A DNA stretch of 64,000 nt, taken from IMG/VR virus record IMGVR_UViG_3300031419_000541; one strand, given 5' to 3'. Within the stretch, counting starts at the first letter, position 1. Each line of letters begins with the position of its first letter. Under the pieces are notes generated by a model. The model made no database searches. It had not been told where the DNA came from and saw only the letters and a list, made by a program, of their open reading frames with translations. This document shows positions 10,701 to 20,701 of the stretch, one piece after another. The stretch comes from an uncultured virus (IMG/VR IMGVR_UViG_3300031419_000541). Taxonomy: Duplodnaviria > Heunggongvirae > Uroviricota > Caudoviricetes. The translations under genes and the position numbers were made by a program.

Positions 10701-10834
10701 GCGCAAATAGCAGAATATCAATAGGAACAGGTATTATTGGTGGAACTTTATCAGCAACAATTCTGGCTATTTTCTTTGTGCCATTATTCTTTGTGGTCGT
10801 AAAAAAATGTAGCAATAAGCTATCACGAAAATAA
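7733..10834 (+). CDS. eefB: RND efflux permease (EefB/AcrB, HAE1 family)
   Basis: MFSKFFVYRPVFAWVIAI, GLLVDDAIVVVENVER, RLRPIIMTS motifs; DIADWLVSN as in EefB; 1033 aa; TAATG coupling to eefA. Confidence 0.92.
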   Translation: MFSKFFVYRPVFAWVIAILIMLGGVLGIKSLPIAQYPDVAPPTIKVSANYPGASAETLENSVTQILEQQLTGLDGLLYFTSSSSSRGSVSINVTFKAGTNADTAQIQVQNKIQQAESRLPSEVQQQGVSVEKSESSFLLIMALYDTLDKHSNTDIADWLVSNMQDNLSRISGVGSVQVFGSEHAMRIWLDPDKLVSYKLMPSDVTSAIQSQNTQVTVGRIGDLPTVKNQQLTATVRAQSRLQTPEQFQNIILKNDGKGSIVYLKDVAKVEIGGEDYNFVTRLNGHPAAGIAVMLAPGANALETSELVKAKIAESEHNFPKGYEVAYPKDNTEFIKISVEEVVKTLIEAVILVVLVMYLFMQNFRATLIPAIAVPVVLLGTFGVLALFGYSINTLTLFAMVLAIGLLVDDAIVVVENVERIMTEEKLSAKEATAKSMSQISGALIAIALVLSAVFLPMSFFGGSTGVIYRQFSITIISSMLLSVLVALTLTPALCGSFLKHTHDKKGRFFNFFNRNYEKTEDKYNNGVSKSLRRPARMLLAYAMVIGVMTLFMFKLPTGFIPTEDQGDVMLQYTLPAGATMERTDAVSREVEKYFLNHEKSNVKAIFTISGFNFSGSGQNAGMAFIALNDWSKRPGEENSAQGIANRAMMALSRIREAQIFAMVPPAIMGLGQSNGFSFELQAASGTSREELAKFKTQLLGLTAKSSELKSVRSNDLPQTPQLQIDIDMPKAVSMGLGVNDITSTMSTAWGGNYVNDFLDNGRVKKVYVKGNAETNTQPDDLNRWFVRTSSGDMTPFSAFTKNYWTYGPESLNRYNGYSSYEIQGEPADGISSGVAMDKMEELANSLPAGTTWSWSGISLQEKQSSGQAFMLYGLSILVVFLCLAALYESWSVPISVLMVIPLGLLGAVAATMIRGLENDVYFQVALLTTIGLSSKNAILIVEFAELSLKNGQDLYEAARNAAKTRLRPIIMTSLAFVAGVLPLAISTGAGANSRISIGTGIIGGTLSATILAIFFVPLFFVVVKKCSNKLSRK

Positions 10835-10850
10835 GTAAATACGGAAAAAT

Positions 10851-10878
10851 AAAAGAGAGGCGATGAGCCTCTCTTTTT
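10851..10878 (+). terminator. intrinsic terminator after eefB
   Basis: AAAAGAGAGGC gatga GCCTCTCTTTTT. Confidence 0.8.
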
Positions 10879-10946
10879 AAAAAATGATTGTAAAGGCTGG
10901 TCTGATTGTATAAACTCGTGGAAAATTTAAAGCCACAGGAATTTAT

Positions 10947-11807
10947 ATGAAAAAGATTGCAGGCGTATTTTTTTTGGCGTTGAGTTCGTTAAGTTTGAAT
11001 GTCATGGCAACAAATCAGCCAGAATCTTTGAAATATCTTTATCAGGATCCTCCTAATGGTCAAATAGACGGTAATGTTGTATTAAACTATCCGGTTATTG
11101 TGCCTAATGAAAAAAGACTTGAACAAGATGAAAAAATGAGAACTTTTGGTATGTATATGATAAAGCATGCCAAAGAACTATATGAAAATAAAGAAAAGAA
11201 TGCTGATTTTTATCAACAGGCAAAAGAAAAAGAGCTTGCTACAGATAAAGAATCGGTAATAAAAGGTTTTGTTGATTATAGTATGGTTCCTGTGTATAGC
11301 TTATATCAGCTGCCAAGACAGGAAGATGAATCCATTGAAATGATAAAAAATAATTATCAAAAATATTTTTCAATGACCTGTAATCAAATGCCATCAGAGT
11401 GCAAAAATTATAGTATTAATGATTTATTGCCCGATGATAAAAATCCGGTGACTGTTGAAAAAATCACTTATATTGTGGTTCACCAGGCAGATCAAATTGA
11501 AGTAGAAAATAGAAAAGCAAGTCTCTTATACTATAAAGCCGAAGGTATGAATGATACCTTTTATGGGGCTGTGTTAACCTATCTTTCATTAAATGATCTG
11601 GACAAAGGCAAGGGATTTGTTTTTGAAACCAATAATAAAGATATCAGTATTTTAAAAATGCCAGATAACATTAAAAGTATTGTGTCACCGGAAGCTGCCG
11701 CAAAAATTATCATGGCAACAAAACGTTCAGTGGCTCGTGTTTATTATAGTAATGCTTCTAAAAAAACGATTGAAGATATTCTTTGGGATAGCAGACAAAT
11801 CAAATAA
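10947..11807 (+). CDS. exported hypothetical protein
   Basis: Sec-type signal peptide MKKIAGVFFLALSSLSLNVMA. Confidence 0.8.
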   Translation: MKKIAGVFFLALSSLSLNVMATNQPESLKYLYQDPPNGQIDGNVVLNYPVIVPNEKRLEQDEKMRTFGMYMIKHAKELYENKEKNADFYQQAKEKELATDKESVIKGFVDYSMVPVYSLYQLPRQEDESIEMIKNNYQKYFSMTCNQMPSECKNYSINDLLPDDKNPVTVEKITYIVVHQADQIEVENRKASLLYYKAEGMNDTFYGAVLTYLSLNDLDKGKGFVFETNNKDISILKMPDNIKSIVSPEAAAKIIMATKRSVARVYYSNASKKTIEDILWDSRQIK

Positions 11808-11900
11808 TATCATTCATAAAAAAAAACACAAAGCCACGAAAGTGGCTTTGTAATTGACTGTAATTCGGTTATCATTGATAAAAAGCCGGAGAAAATAAAC

Positions 11901-13166
11901 ATGCAGCCAGAAAAGAGTAATGAAGAGAAAAAACAAGATCCTAAAACAGATTTGTTCTACAGTAATGATCTTCAAATTTTGACGAGAATCATTAGGGAAG
12001 GATTAAGTGTTAATACATTAAATGAGTTAGGGGAAAGTGCTATTTTCAGGTGTGGTTTTGAAAAAGCAAGATTTCTTTTGCAGAGAAATGCCGATGTAAA
12101 TATCGTTAATATTCAGGGAGACGATGTCTTTACTGCGACCTTAAAAAGTAAAAAAGTGCCGGACAAAATAAGAGTGCAAAAATGCAAATTATTTATTGAG
12201 CATGGATATGATGTTACAAAATTAAAAGGAGATAATAATCCTTTGTTTTATGTTTCGAATGAAGCTATTGCTGATTTTTTAATAAAACAAGGCGTATCTC
12301 CCTTTGATATAAACAGCAAAGGCCAAAATGTATTTTTTAATACAAAAATGTCTGCAAATATGGTCGTTAAATATAAAAATATGGGAGTTAATATTAATCA
12401 TATTGATTTGAAAGGCTATAATCCACTTGTATATGCCTGTGCGGTAGCTAATGACATGAAGTTTAAATTGGTAGAAAATTTGTTAAAAGCTGGTATAGAC
12501 CCCTATTATACAGGCAATGAAACTATGAGTGCACATCCTTTATTGAAAAAATATAAGGGTAATGCAAAAAGTGAATTCTTGAAATTTGCTAATATTTTTC
12601 AAAAAACAGCAAATTTTAATTTTTCCCAACTAAAAGACAGAGAAGGAAAAAATCCTCTTTTTTATGCCAGAACACATCAAGCTATAACAAAATTAATAGA
12701 ATTTGGTATTGACGTAAATGCTGTAAATTCTGCTGGAAATACAGCATTAATGGTTAAATTATCAGATAATCTTATCGCCAGATCATTGCTTGCCAATGGA
12801 GCGAATAAAAACCTTATGATTGAAGGTCGTCCCTGGATATTTTCTTTGCCGCCCAGTGCAATTGCACTTGCAGTAAAGCAAGGCTACAACATTAATAACA
12901 CCACAGAAACAGGAGAGAATGCCGCATTTTTCCTTGAAAATACAGAATCAGACAGGAAGAGACTGATTGAATTAAAAGAAAATGGTCTGAATTTTTTACA
13001 TGTATCTGATTCTGGCTTAACATCGATTGACGTTATGCCAGAAGAATTGAAAATATGGGCAAGAGCAGTTTTAGGCGAAGAGTTTTCAGTAACAGAAAAA
13101 TCGGAAATAGAAGATGCTATGCGAGATATTCACTCGTCTGTTTTATCAAAAACAATTCGTATTTAA
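11901..13166 (+). CDS. ankyrin-repeat protein with C-terminal tag
   Basis: Repeated GxNPLFY, GIDVNAVNSAGNTAL and NINHIDLKGYNPL motifs; ends KTIRI. Confidence 0.88.
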   Translation: MQPEKSNEEKKQDPKTDLFYSNDLQILTRIIREGLSVNTLNELGESAIFRCGFEKARFLLQRNADVNIVNIQGDDVFTATLKSKKVPDKIRVQKCKLFIEHGYDVTKLKGDNNPLFYVSNEAIADFLIKQGVSPFDINSKGQNVFFNTKMSANMVVKYKNMGVNINHIDLKGYNPLVYACAVANDMKFKLVENLLKAGIDPYYTGNETMSAHPLLKKYKGNAKSEFLKFANIFQKTANFNFSQLKDREGKNPLFYARTHQAITKLIEFGIDVNAVNSAGNTALMVKLSDNLIARSLLANGANKNLMIEGRPWIFSLPPSAIALAVKQGYNINNTTETGENAAFFLENTESDRKRLIELKENGLNFLHVSDSGLTSIDVMPEELKIWARAVLGEEFSVTEKSEIEDAMRDIHSSVLSKTIRI

Positions 13167-13251
13167 TAAAGAAAATCTGAAAAAGATAAAATGAATTGGT
13201 TTTTCCTGTTGATTAGCGTAATATACTAAAAAAATAAACAGGAAATAACCA

Positions 13252-13989
13252 ATGAAAACATATTTTTATCTCAGCGTAATGCTTCTTACAGGCTGTTCAG
13301 CAGGGAATAATATAGAATACAGTAAAGAAGCATTTAATAAAAGCGATCTGACTTTTATTGGTATTCCCACGATTTTAGGTTTAGGTGCATCAGGGACAAG
13401 GTTTGCAATTACACCTCATTATAGCCTTACCGCTAAACATGTTGCGAAATACACCACGGATAAGGTTGTAGCTTACCATCCTGATTGTGATATCGCGCTT
13501 ATCAAAAGTGATAATACTGATAAAATTATGCCTTATATGTCAAGCACTGGCGTGGGTGAGAAAGTTGAAAATTATGGTTATTCATTTTTTACAATTATGC
13601 CTGTTTCCTCTCATGGTGAAGTAAAATCTTATATGAAGCTGAGTAGTGACGAAAATTCGTTAAAATGTCCCACTCTCTATTCTGATATGGGAGCACGTGT
13701 AGGCATGTCAGGGGGCCCGGTATATTCAAACGAAAAGATTGTCGGAATTACCATTTCCTATCAGACAAGTTTTGAACAGGAAGGAAAAACCGTTAAAGCA
13801 CCAGGAGCCTTATTTGTACCCTTCCAAAACTTTAAACAATGGCTAATCACCGAACTTGATAAAACAGAAGATAAAGGATTATTAAAAATTGATCATTCTC
13901 ATGATTTTTATGATACCGATACAGGAAATCCACAAGAAGATTATGAGAAAAACAAAAAGTATAACAAAAAGCTTTCAACACAAAAGTAA
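13252..13989 (+). CDS. trypsin-like serine protease lipoprotein
   Basis: Lipobox LLTGC; triad motifs LTAKHV, DIALI, GMSGGPV. Confidence 0.85.
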   Translation: MKTYFYLSVMLLTGCSAGNNIEYSKEAFNKSDLTFIGIPTILGLGASGTRFAITPHYSLTAKHVAKYTTDKVVAYHPDCDIALIKSDNTDKIMPYMSSTGVGEKVENYGYSFFTIMPVSSHGEVKSYMKLSSDENSLKCPTLYSDMGARVGMSGGPVYSNEKIVGITISYQTSFEQEGKTVKAPGALFVPFQNFKQWLITELDKTEDKGLLKIDHSHDFYDTDTGNPQEDYEKNKKYNKKLSTQK

Positions 13990-14029
13990 TTTTGCTATAG
14001 TGGGCAAAATATTATGAGGAAAGCAGAAG

Positions 14030-15433
14030 ATGAAAGAGATTAGCGCTGCCGTGTGTTATATGGATAATGGTCGTGATTTTGATAATTTTCTGCAGGTAAT
14101 AAAGTTCGTAAATTCCAATAGTCTCAAACAGGCACTTTCACATTCCTGCGTGTATCGTCATATCTTTTTTGCCTATCCCCGTAATGTGGCATTTGATTTT
14201 TTAAAAGAAAATATAAACATTTTTATTGAAGATGAAGACTTTATTAAATCTTTCATTGCTCAGGAAAGCAGGTTTGATACCAACATGCAAATATTTGTAA
14301 TAAAAAAATTATCAAAAGAACAATTTGTTAATCATGTTGAAAAAACTGGTAATTTTAAGAAATGGCTTGTCGGAAATAAAGAAATTACAGATTATATAAA
14401 TAAAAATATGCAAATTGATTATCTGAGCAAAAGCAAATATAAGAATTATGAATTCAGAAAAATTCGTGATGCTAAAATTGTTAAAAAAATTATGAACGAC
14501 CATAATGAATTCTTTGAAAATAACATCCAGGAATTACGTGCGTGGCATGAAGATAGTCTTTCTTATAATGAAAATCATACCAAAAATAATAGAGAGAATA
14601 ACCAAAGTTTTTATAGCTGGGCAGTAAAGCTTAATGATGAAGAATTAAGAAATGCCTGCATAAAATATTACCGTACTCAGTTTGAAAACACACTGAAATA
14701 TCAGGATTTCAAATCTTTGCCTGTCAAAGAACCTCAAATGATTGACAATATGATTGAAAATTTATCATGGCGAAATGAAGATAAAATTTTGGATTTTTTC
14801 AAAGACTGTGTAAAAAATAAAGAAGATGTTTTTGTGAATCATCCCAGTGGGCACAATCGTTTTATGTTGCTTGTAAAAAATTGTCCCAAAATGATGTCAT
14901 TAATGTCAGATAAAAATTTTGTTTTACCAGAAGAATTGTTGAAAAAAAGTTTTATATCTTTGTATGAGAACACTCCATTACTGAGTAAAATTAACCCGAA
15001 GCAACATTTTTCTTCTATTTTTGCAGAAAGATTAGATTTAAATGCCAGCGATATTCCTGATAATATTCCGGCTGAATATTTGCTTGGAAATGAAGAAGGT
15101 AAGAGGTATTTAGTCAATTCGATAATTCAGTCTGAGAATTCTATTCGTGGCATGTTGAAAATTTTTAGCACAGTCAGAAGAAAATGTGATATTGAAAAAG
15201 AAAATTATGAATTGCATATATTGTTCAGGGTAATAAGAGCTTATAATGTCAATAAATTGGATAATTTATTTAAGGCAATGGAAGATAAAGATCTTCTTGT
15301 GCTTGCTAAGTTTATAGAATGTAATCTTTATAAAACTATATTGAAAGAACAGCACCTGGTTAAGTTACAACAATTACTTTTAAAAACACAACTACCAGAA
15401 ATAAGTTCAACACTAAACTTAAATCGCATTTAA
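14030..15433 (+). CDS. hypothetical protein with C-terminal tag
   Basis: 467 aa ORF, GAGG RBS; ends LNRI. Confidence 0.85.
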   Translation: MKEISAAVCYMDNGRDFDNFLQVIKFVNSNSLKQALSHSCVYRHIFFAYPRNVAFDFLKENINIFIEDEDFIKSFIAQESRFDTNMQIFVIKKLSKEQFVNHVEKTGNFKKWLVGNKEITDYINKNMQIDYLSKSKYKNYEFRKIRDAKIVKKIMNDHNEFFENNIQELRAWHEDSLSYNENHTKNNRENNQSFYSWAVKLNDEELRNACIKYYRTQFENTLKYQDFKSLPVKEPQMIDNMIENLSWRNEDKILDFFKDCVKNKEDVFVNHPSGHNRFMLLVKNCPKMMSLMSDKNFVLPEELLKKSFISLYENTPLLSKINPKQHFSSIFAERLDLNASDIPDNIPAEYLLGNEEGKRYLVNSIIQSENSIRGMLKIFSTVRRKCDIEKENYELHILFRVIRAYNVNKLDNLFKAMEDKDLLVLAKFIECNLYKTILKEQHLVKLQQLLLKTQLPEISSTLNLNRI

Positions 15434-15453
15434 CATTAAATTAAAAGCAGGAA

Positions 15454-15957
15454 TCAAATCCTGCTTTTTTTTACTTTTTCATAAATGCATATATTTTTAT
15501 TCAGGCTTTGTTTTTCATTTTTCACAGCTTCCAGGCGTAAAATATCAATAGATAATTCTTCCGTGATTTTAGATATATCGCCTTTGGCATACATAAAAAA
15601 TTCCTCAATTTTTTCATCATCAGGAAAATTTATAAAAGGCTCATAATATTCGGTGATTTTTTGCTTTTTATCGGTAGGGACAGTAGAGTCATAATGTATG
15701 TTACTTAATTTTTTATAGGAAAAAAAATCAAAAAAATCTTTCCATGTTGCTGGTAAAGGCTCATCAGATAGGTCATAAGATAAAATTTCGTAATAGGTCT
15801 TTAATGCAGGACAAGCACGAGAATACCATACAATCTCAGAATAATTATTTTCTTTTTCACATCTCGCGTTAATTAAATTTATTGTTTCTTCACAAAACAT
15901 CTTTTCTTCTATCATTGTTAGAAAAGTGAAAAGAGCTTCTTTTTCAAAAATATTCAT
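15454..15957 (-). CDS. hypothetical protein with C-terminal tag
   Basis: Ends NEKQSLN...KSRI; ATGA overlap with upstream gene. Confidence 0.8.
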   Translation of the reverse strand: MNIFEKEALFTFLTMIEEKMFCEETINLINARCEKENNYSEIVWYSRACPALKTYYEILSYDLSDEPLPATWKDFFDFFSYKKLSNIHYDSTVPTDKKQKITEYYEPFINFPDDEKIEEFFMYAKGDISKITEELSIDILRLEAVKNEKQSLNKNICIYEKVKKSRI

Positions 15958-16415
15958 TTGTTCTTCCTTTTATGTTTATCTTTAACAATCCCTTTCGCAG
16001 AAATTTCAATATATCTTCTTTCATGTATAACAGGTATTTTATTTCCTTTATAAAATCGGCTAAATTTTTGTTCATAGTTTTGATGAACGCAATAAAAAAT
16101 AAATGCATAAATAAACAATAAAAATAAAGCATTGCTGGTGTAGTTATGATTGTAAGCTGACAAAGCAGCAAAAGCGAAGAGTGTTAAAAAAGCAAAGAGA
16201 GTTTTAAGATTTTTTGGTTTAACAAATAAATCCTCAAATACACTATTGCAAAGTTCAGAATATTTTCGCAGCTTTTTTTCTGTATTTTTTAACTTCCATT
16301 TGTAATTGCTGAAATCGACTAAAAGAATATCACCATCAAGCGAATCATTGATATTATCTATTTTTCTATGAGCCTTTTCAATCACGGCTATGTGCTTATC
16401 AATATCATTTTGCAT
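15954..16415 (-). CDS. membrane protein
   Basis: ATG at 16415 after AAGGTGG; two hydrophobic segments. Confidence 0.7.
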   Translation of the reverse strand: MQNDIDKHIAVIEKAHRKIDNINDSLDGDILLVDFSNYKWKLKNTEKKLRKYSELCNSVFEDLFVKPKNLKTLFAFLTLFAFAALSAYNHNYTSNALFLLFIYAFIFYCVHQNYEQKFSRFYKGNKIPVIHERRYIEISAKGIVKDKHKRKNK

Positions 16416-16542
16416 AATCACCACCTTTAAAAAATTATAAGAGATAATAACAAAAATATTTAAGTCGGACAAGTCGTGTTTTTTCTGTACATGAGATTCT
16501 ATATAGTTTATACTGAGGGTAATTAAATAAGGAATGTTTTAA

Positions 16543-17163
16543 ATGAAAAATTTATTACTGGTTTGCGCTTTGATAATTCCGACAATGGGTTTCGCAAACG
16601 GCATTGCCATTCCCTTTGATCGTTCAGTTAAATTTGAAAAAAACAATGAAACTTATGTACAACATGATTACGGCAGTGGTGTTCGCTGGAATAAAAACTA
16701 TGTTGTTTCAGCCAAGCATGTAAATTTCGTAGAAGGTAGCGTTTATAAATGTTCTGAAAACTGCGATTTACAGTTTATCGAAATGAAGGATAGCTCGTTT
16801 CCTGTTCCAGAATGGAGAGACTCGATTCCTTCTGAAAAAATACATGTTCAGGGTAATACGAGGTCAGGAAAAATGGCTAACGTGAATGGGCAGATTATTA
16901 ATCAAAAGTTCTATATTAACGGAACAAAGATTCTAAATACTCTTGAAAATTCTGCTCAAGAAAATTCCGTTGTTTACGCGACAACAGCCCATATTTTTCA
17001 TGGACAGTCGGGTGGACCGGTTATTGGAGAAGATGGTAAAGTAATTGGTATTCTGGTTGGGGAAACAGAGGTAACTAATCAGGCTGGGAAGAAATTTATG
17101 GTGTCTGTTTTTGTGCCTAAATCTGTCATTGAGCAGGAATGGAAAAAATTTAATAAAATTTAA
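16543..17163 (+). CDS. secreted trypsin-like serine protease
   Basis: Signal peptide; SAKHV, CDL and GQSGGPV motifs. Confidence 0.85.
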   Translation: MKNLLLVCALIIPTMGFANGIAIPFDRSVKFEKNNETYVQHDYGSGVRWNKNYVVSAKHVNFVEGSVYKCSENCDLQFIEMKDSSFPVPEWRDSIPSEKIHVQGNTRSGKMANVNGQIINQKFYINGTKILNTLENSAQENSVVYATTAHIFHGQSGGPVIGEDGKVIGILVGETEVTNQAGKKFMVSVFVPKSVIEQEWKKFNKI

Positions 17164-17219
17164 AGAAAAAGAGAAAGGCTGGCATTAAGTCAGCCTTTTT
17201 ATAATAAATCGCTTACCGA

Positions 17220-17564
17220 CTACTCATCCCATTCATCGTCGAAATTGTCATCTTCATCCTCTTCATGTTCAATCACCAAATGTACACCAGAATCCTGAAA
17301 GAATTTAATCGCCTGAGCGTCATTCATGTAATAAAAATATTCATTATCATGTTCGGTTAATCCTGGCGCAATTTCACGCAATCGCTGATAAGCTAAATGC
17401 AGCACATTAGTCAGATAACCAGAGCGTGTGCCAAAACAGGCAGCTTCATCCCCTTCGGTATAGTCTCCTAAATCCCCAGAAAGAGTAACAATATCGCTCA
17501 TGTTTAAACCGCAGTCGTCGCAATCAAATGCTGAGTGGAATACGTGAATATGAATGTTATGCAT
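17220..17564 (-). CDS. acidic hypothetical protein with CxxC
   Basis: ATG at 17564 after GAGG; DCDDCG; acidic tail. Confidence 0.7.
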   Translation of the reverse strand: MHNIHIHVFHSAFDCDDCGLNMSDIVTLSGDLGDYTEGDEAACFGTRSGYLTNVLHLAYQRLREIAPGLTEHDNEYFYYMNDAQAIKFFQDSGVHLVIEHEEDEDDNFDDEWDE

Positions 17565-17629
17565 AAAAACTGTCCTCTTGTAATTAACCAATCGGACAGT
17601 TTCTCAAAATTTGAAGTTCAAGTCAAACA

Positions 17630-18523
17630 TTATTTAATAATATGGGACTTTCTTTGATTAAGTAAATTTTGAAAAATAGTTTTTTCAACATCGTTAAATG
17701 ATGTCAGAAGATAATCAATGGTGTTAGTTTTTGATTTATCCATAACATTATCCTCTTTATTTTCAGATGTTGAAAAAAACGCATCTTTATCAAAAAAACC
17801 CGAGTGAATAAGGAAAGAAAAACGTTCAGTGAATCTTTCTTTTTCAGAGTCATTGTCTTTTTTATAAAAGGCATGTCTGCTTTTTTGAATGTCTGCAAGA
17901 TCTTTAAGGGAAAAATCCGAGGCATTCAGTGTCCGCATAATATTCATTCGATTATCATAGTCTGGACCATTGCGGTAATGTGCAATCAGCAAGTTAAGAA
18001 AATTCTTTTGTTTGCCTGCTTTTTCAGATAAGGTTTTTGAAAAAACAGGAACTAAAGCCGTATGGCTTTCTTTAAGGTAATCCTGAATATATGACAATGT
18101 AGAAAAAGCAAATTGCTTAACCGCAAGTTCGGTCAACATAAGAACATCCTGCTCAAAGTTGTCTACCGGAATACTTGTTTTAATCAAATCCTTATGGTTT
18201 TCCACACATGCAAAAATTAATAATTCAGTATAATGAAGATTAAAATGCGTAGCATTCATGAACCAGTTTGAAAAAGGAATCTTAATCGCGTTATCTTTAT
18301 TATCTCGCACGAATAAAAGAGCCATTTGAAAATCTTTAATGAATTTAGATTTTTGATCTTCTAAAACAGACATGAGTTCCATAGAAAAAGTATGATCAGG
18401 CTGTGTTTCAGCAAGTGTTTTAATTTTCTTTGCACCTGAAACAAAAGCACAGTCAGGCGATAAAATAAATCTTGAAACATCGTGTTTCATAAGAGGAAAA
18501 TCAATGGTTTCTTTCATGCTCAT
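17630..18523 (-). CDS. hypothetical protein
   Basis: 297 aa ORF with AAGG RBS. Confidence 0.8.
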   Translation of the reverse strand: MSMKETIDFPLMKHDVSRFILSPDCAFVSGAKKIKTLAETQPDHTFSMELMSVLEDQKSKFIKDFQMALLFVRDNKDNAIKIPFSNWFMNATHFNLHYTELLIFACVENHKDLIKTSIPVDNFEQDVLMLTELAVKQFAFSTLSYIQDYLKESHTALVPVFSKTLSEKAGKQKNFLNLLIAHYRNGPDYDNRMNIMRTLNASDFSLKDLADIQKSRHAFYKKDNDSEKERFTERFSFLIHSGFFDKDAFFSTSENKEDNVMDKSKTNTIDYLLTSFNDVEKTIFQNLLNQRKSHIIK

Positions 18524-18672
18524 GTTATTTACCTTATAAAAAGAGATAAGTGATTATACATGAAAAAATTTATTATTTAAACATATAATTATCATTTTTA
18601 AAAATAAAAAATTGAGTCTGAACACATAGCATGATATATTTATAAGTCAAAATAATCAAAGAGAATAATCAT

Positions 18673-19101
18673 ATGATGAATGCCCGGATTGTTGCAGAAC
18701 TCAGCTCTGATCTTAATTTAGTCAAAAACATAAGCAAGGAACAATCATATGAACAAATGAAATTGTTAGATGAATATAAATGTAAATATACAGAAAAATT
18801 TTTAGAGTTTAATGTATATAGTATGGGTATGGGATTTGATATCAAAAGTCGTGATATAAACATGATGAAAAAATTATTGAACGATATAAAACTATTACCA
18901 ACATTTAAACTATATACTATTGTATTTTTGACAATAAATGAAAACTATGAAGAAAAAATAGTGTATGACAAAATAGATTTTGTATCAGGCATTTTATGCA
19001 CTGCAATAAGGACAGGAGACTTTATGGAATTTACGGAGGTAAGAGATGGTGCATTATATAAAAAAAGAAATTACCGTAGAAAAAGAATGAGGAATTTGTA
19101 A
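18673..19101 (+). CDS. hypothetical protein
   Basis: 142 aa ORF. Confidence 0.65.
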   Translation: MMNARIVAELSSDLNLVKNISKEQSYEQMKLLDEYKCKYTEKFLEFNVYSMGMGFDIKSRDINMMKKLLNDIKLLPTFKLYTIVFLTINENYEEKIVYDKIDFVSGILCTAIRTGDFMEFTEVRDGALYKKRNYRRKRMRNL

Positions 19102-19118
19102 ATAATGAAGAAAAAATA

Positions 19119-19544
19119 GTGTTGAAAGATAATGGGCTTTTTTTTAATATATTCGGAGGAATGCTATTCTTATGGTCAATGCTAAGTACATATCATGCAG
19201 CAAGAAGCATTGGCTTTATATTTGAAAATATGCTGGCTAATGTTGCCATACAAGTCATATTCGTTTTAATTCTCCCTTTATTATTAATCATGGCCTGGTT
19301 TATGAATTTTGTGGATGAAAATGATAGCAGGACATTTAAAATGGCAATACTTATGGTTCAAATGGCTTTTATATTTCCTGTGATACATTTTATTAATGTT
19401 TTTGTTGATTTTTTTAAAATGCAAAATGTAGAAACCGGTATTTATATTGCAGAAGCAATGCTCACCGTGTTAATAATAAAAAAAATATACCATAAAATGA
19501 AAGCACTGGAAAAACAGGAAATTACTGTATTGAGGAAAAAATGA
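19119..19544 (+). CDS. multi-pass membrane protein
   Basis: About four hydrophobic segments; ATGA overlap with next gene. Confidence 0.7.
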   Translation: MLKDNGLFFNIFGGMLFLWSMLSTYHAARSIGFIFENMLANVAIQVIFVLILPLLLIMAWFMNFVDENDSRTFKMAILMVQMAFIFPVIHFINVFVDFFKMQNVETGIYIAEAMLTVLIIKKIYHKMKALEKQEITVLRKK

Positions 19545-20308
19545 CAACAAAAGAAGAACTTTTTAATGATTTAATGCAAAATTACAAAGAAGAAATCGAG
19601 TCTGGAAAATTTACGAAAAGTCTGGATGAATATATCGCAAATTTTGCAGGAATTTATAATAAAGAATGGGATAGGTCATATTCGCCCAGCGTTAAAAAAG
19701 AAGACCGTGAGCCTTTTATTTTGTTGAGTAATAATCAGGAAGAAGGCTTTTTTTTCGACCCTGAGTTGCAAATGAAAGTAGAGGATATTAAACGTGAGGA
19801 AATAGCTTCAATTGATTTAAGTGGTTTAAAACAACAGCTTGTTACATGGTCTATCGATTATGTAAGCATAGAAAATAAGAAAGTAACGGGGGAAGTTGAA
19901 GCTAATCCTATGAATGTGTACGGAGGCCTGATTTACCAAAATTTCATTGAAGATAAGCTTGATAGAAAACAACTTGAAGGTTATCGTTATTCCCCATATC
20001 AGATATTAAATTATTATCTTTCTGAATCAGAAGGATATAAAAAAATAGTGTCTGAAATAATGAAGGCTTATTTTATTTTGCTGCTAAAAAAGAAAAATCA
20101 GGACATACAGGATATTCATGTATGGGTGGAAACAAAGAATAATAATCAATATGTATTACATGCTCAAAAGTCAGAAAAGCACAATGAAATTGTGCTGGTG
20201 TGTAAATTTATGGACGGTTATTATAATTTCTGGAATGACAATGACGAGCGTAATGTGAGTGTTTTTAATATTGATATGATCTTTCCTGATTATGCCTCCT
20301 ATCTATAA
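19541..20308 (+). CDS. hypothetical protein
   Basis: 255 aa, GAGG RBS, followed by a terminator. Confidence 0.8.
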   Translation: MTTKEELFNDLMQNYKEEIESGKFTKSLDEYIANFAGIYNKEWDRSYSPSVKKEDREPFILLSNNQEEGFFFDPELQMKVEDIKREEIASIDLSGLKQQLVTWSIDYVSIENKKVTGEVEANPMNVYGGLIYQNFIEDKLDRKQLEGYRYSPYQILNYYLSESEGYKKIVSEIMKAYFILLLKKKNQDIQDIHVWVETKNNNQYVLHAQKSEKHNEIVLVCKFMDGYYNFWNDNDERNVSVFNIDMIFPDYASYL

Positions 20309-20316
20309 GAAAAAAG

Positions 20317-20340
20317 AAAGACTGCCGAGGCAGTCTTTTT
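20317..20340. terminator. bidirectional intrinsic terminator
   Basis: AAAGACTGCC ga GGCAGTCTTTTT between convergent genes. Confidence 0.75.
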
Positions 20341-20345
20341 AATGA

Positions 20346-20684
20346 TTAATAGTCAATAGTGGCTTCATTAGGAAGATTGTTATCTTTACAATGTTTTTGC
20401 CACTCTTTTTCCCATTTTTTTGAAACGAATTTAATACGACAGGCATTATGTTTGGTAATGAGCGCATAAGGCTCCTGTTTCTGAATGACTTCCTTTTGAA
20501 ATTGCTGAGCTGCAGGAAGCAGAATATCATAAGCATCGTCACGAACTTTGGATAGAGACATAATAAAATCCTCATTGAAGTGATAAAGAGAATATAGCAA
20601 AAAAAGTAAGAAAATACCAGGTATTATGATGAAAAAAATTACTGGTAAAAGCCTTATAGAATGTGGTATATTATAAAAAAACAA
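20346..20684 (-). CDS. small membrane-anchored protein
   Basis: One N-terminal TM segment, 112 aa. Confidence 0.55.
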   Translation of the reverse strand: MFFYNIPHSIRLLPVIFFIIIPGIFLLFLLYSLYHFNEDFIMSLSKVRDDAYDILLPAAQQFQKEVIQKQEPYALITKHNACRIKFVSKKWEKEWQKHCKDNNLPNEATIDY

Positions 20685-20701
20685 AGTTAATGAGGTGTGT
20701 C

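Noticed and set aside
7427..10815. Antisense ORFs inside eefA/eefB and similar short shadow ORFs elsewhere (e.g. 35772-36197, 39009-39533, 60165-60521)
   Set aside because: Fully nested in longer, better-supported genes, with no RBS or motifs.
15443..15472. Terminator stems overlapping the tag codons (also about 55456-55482), suggesting the tag is a nucleic-acid signal
   Set aside because: Seen in only two of 26 genes; wide synonymous codon variation indicates a protein-level motif.
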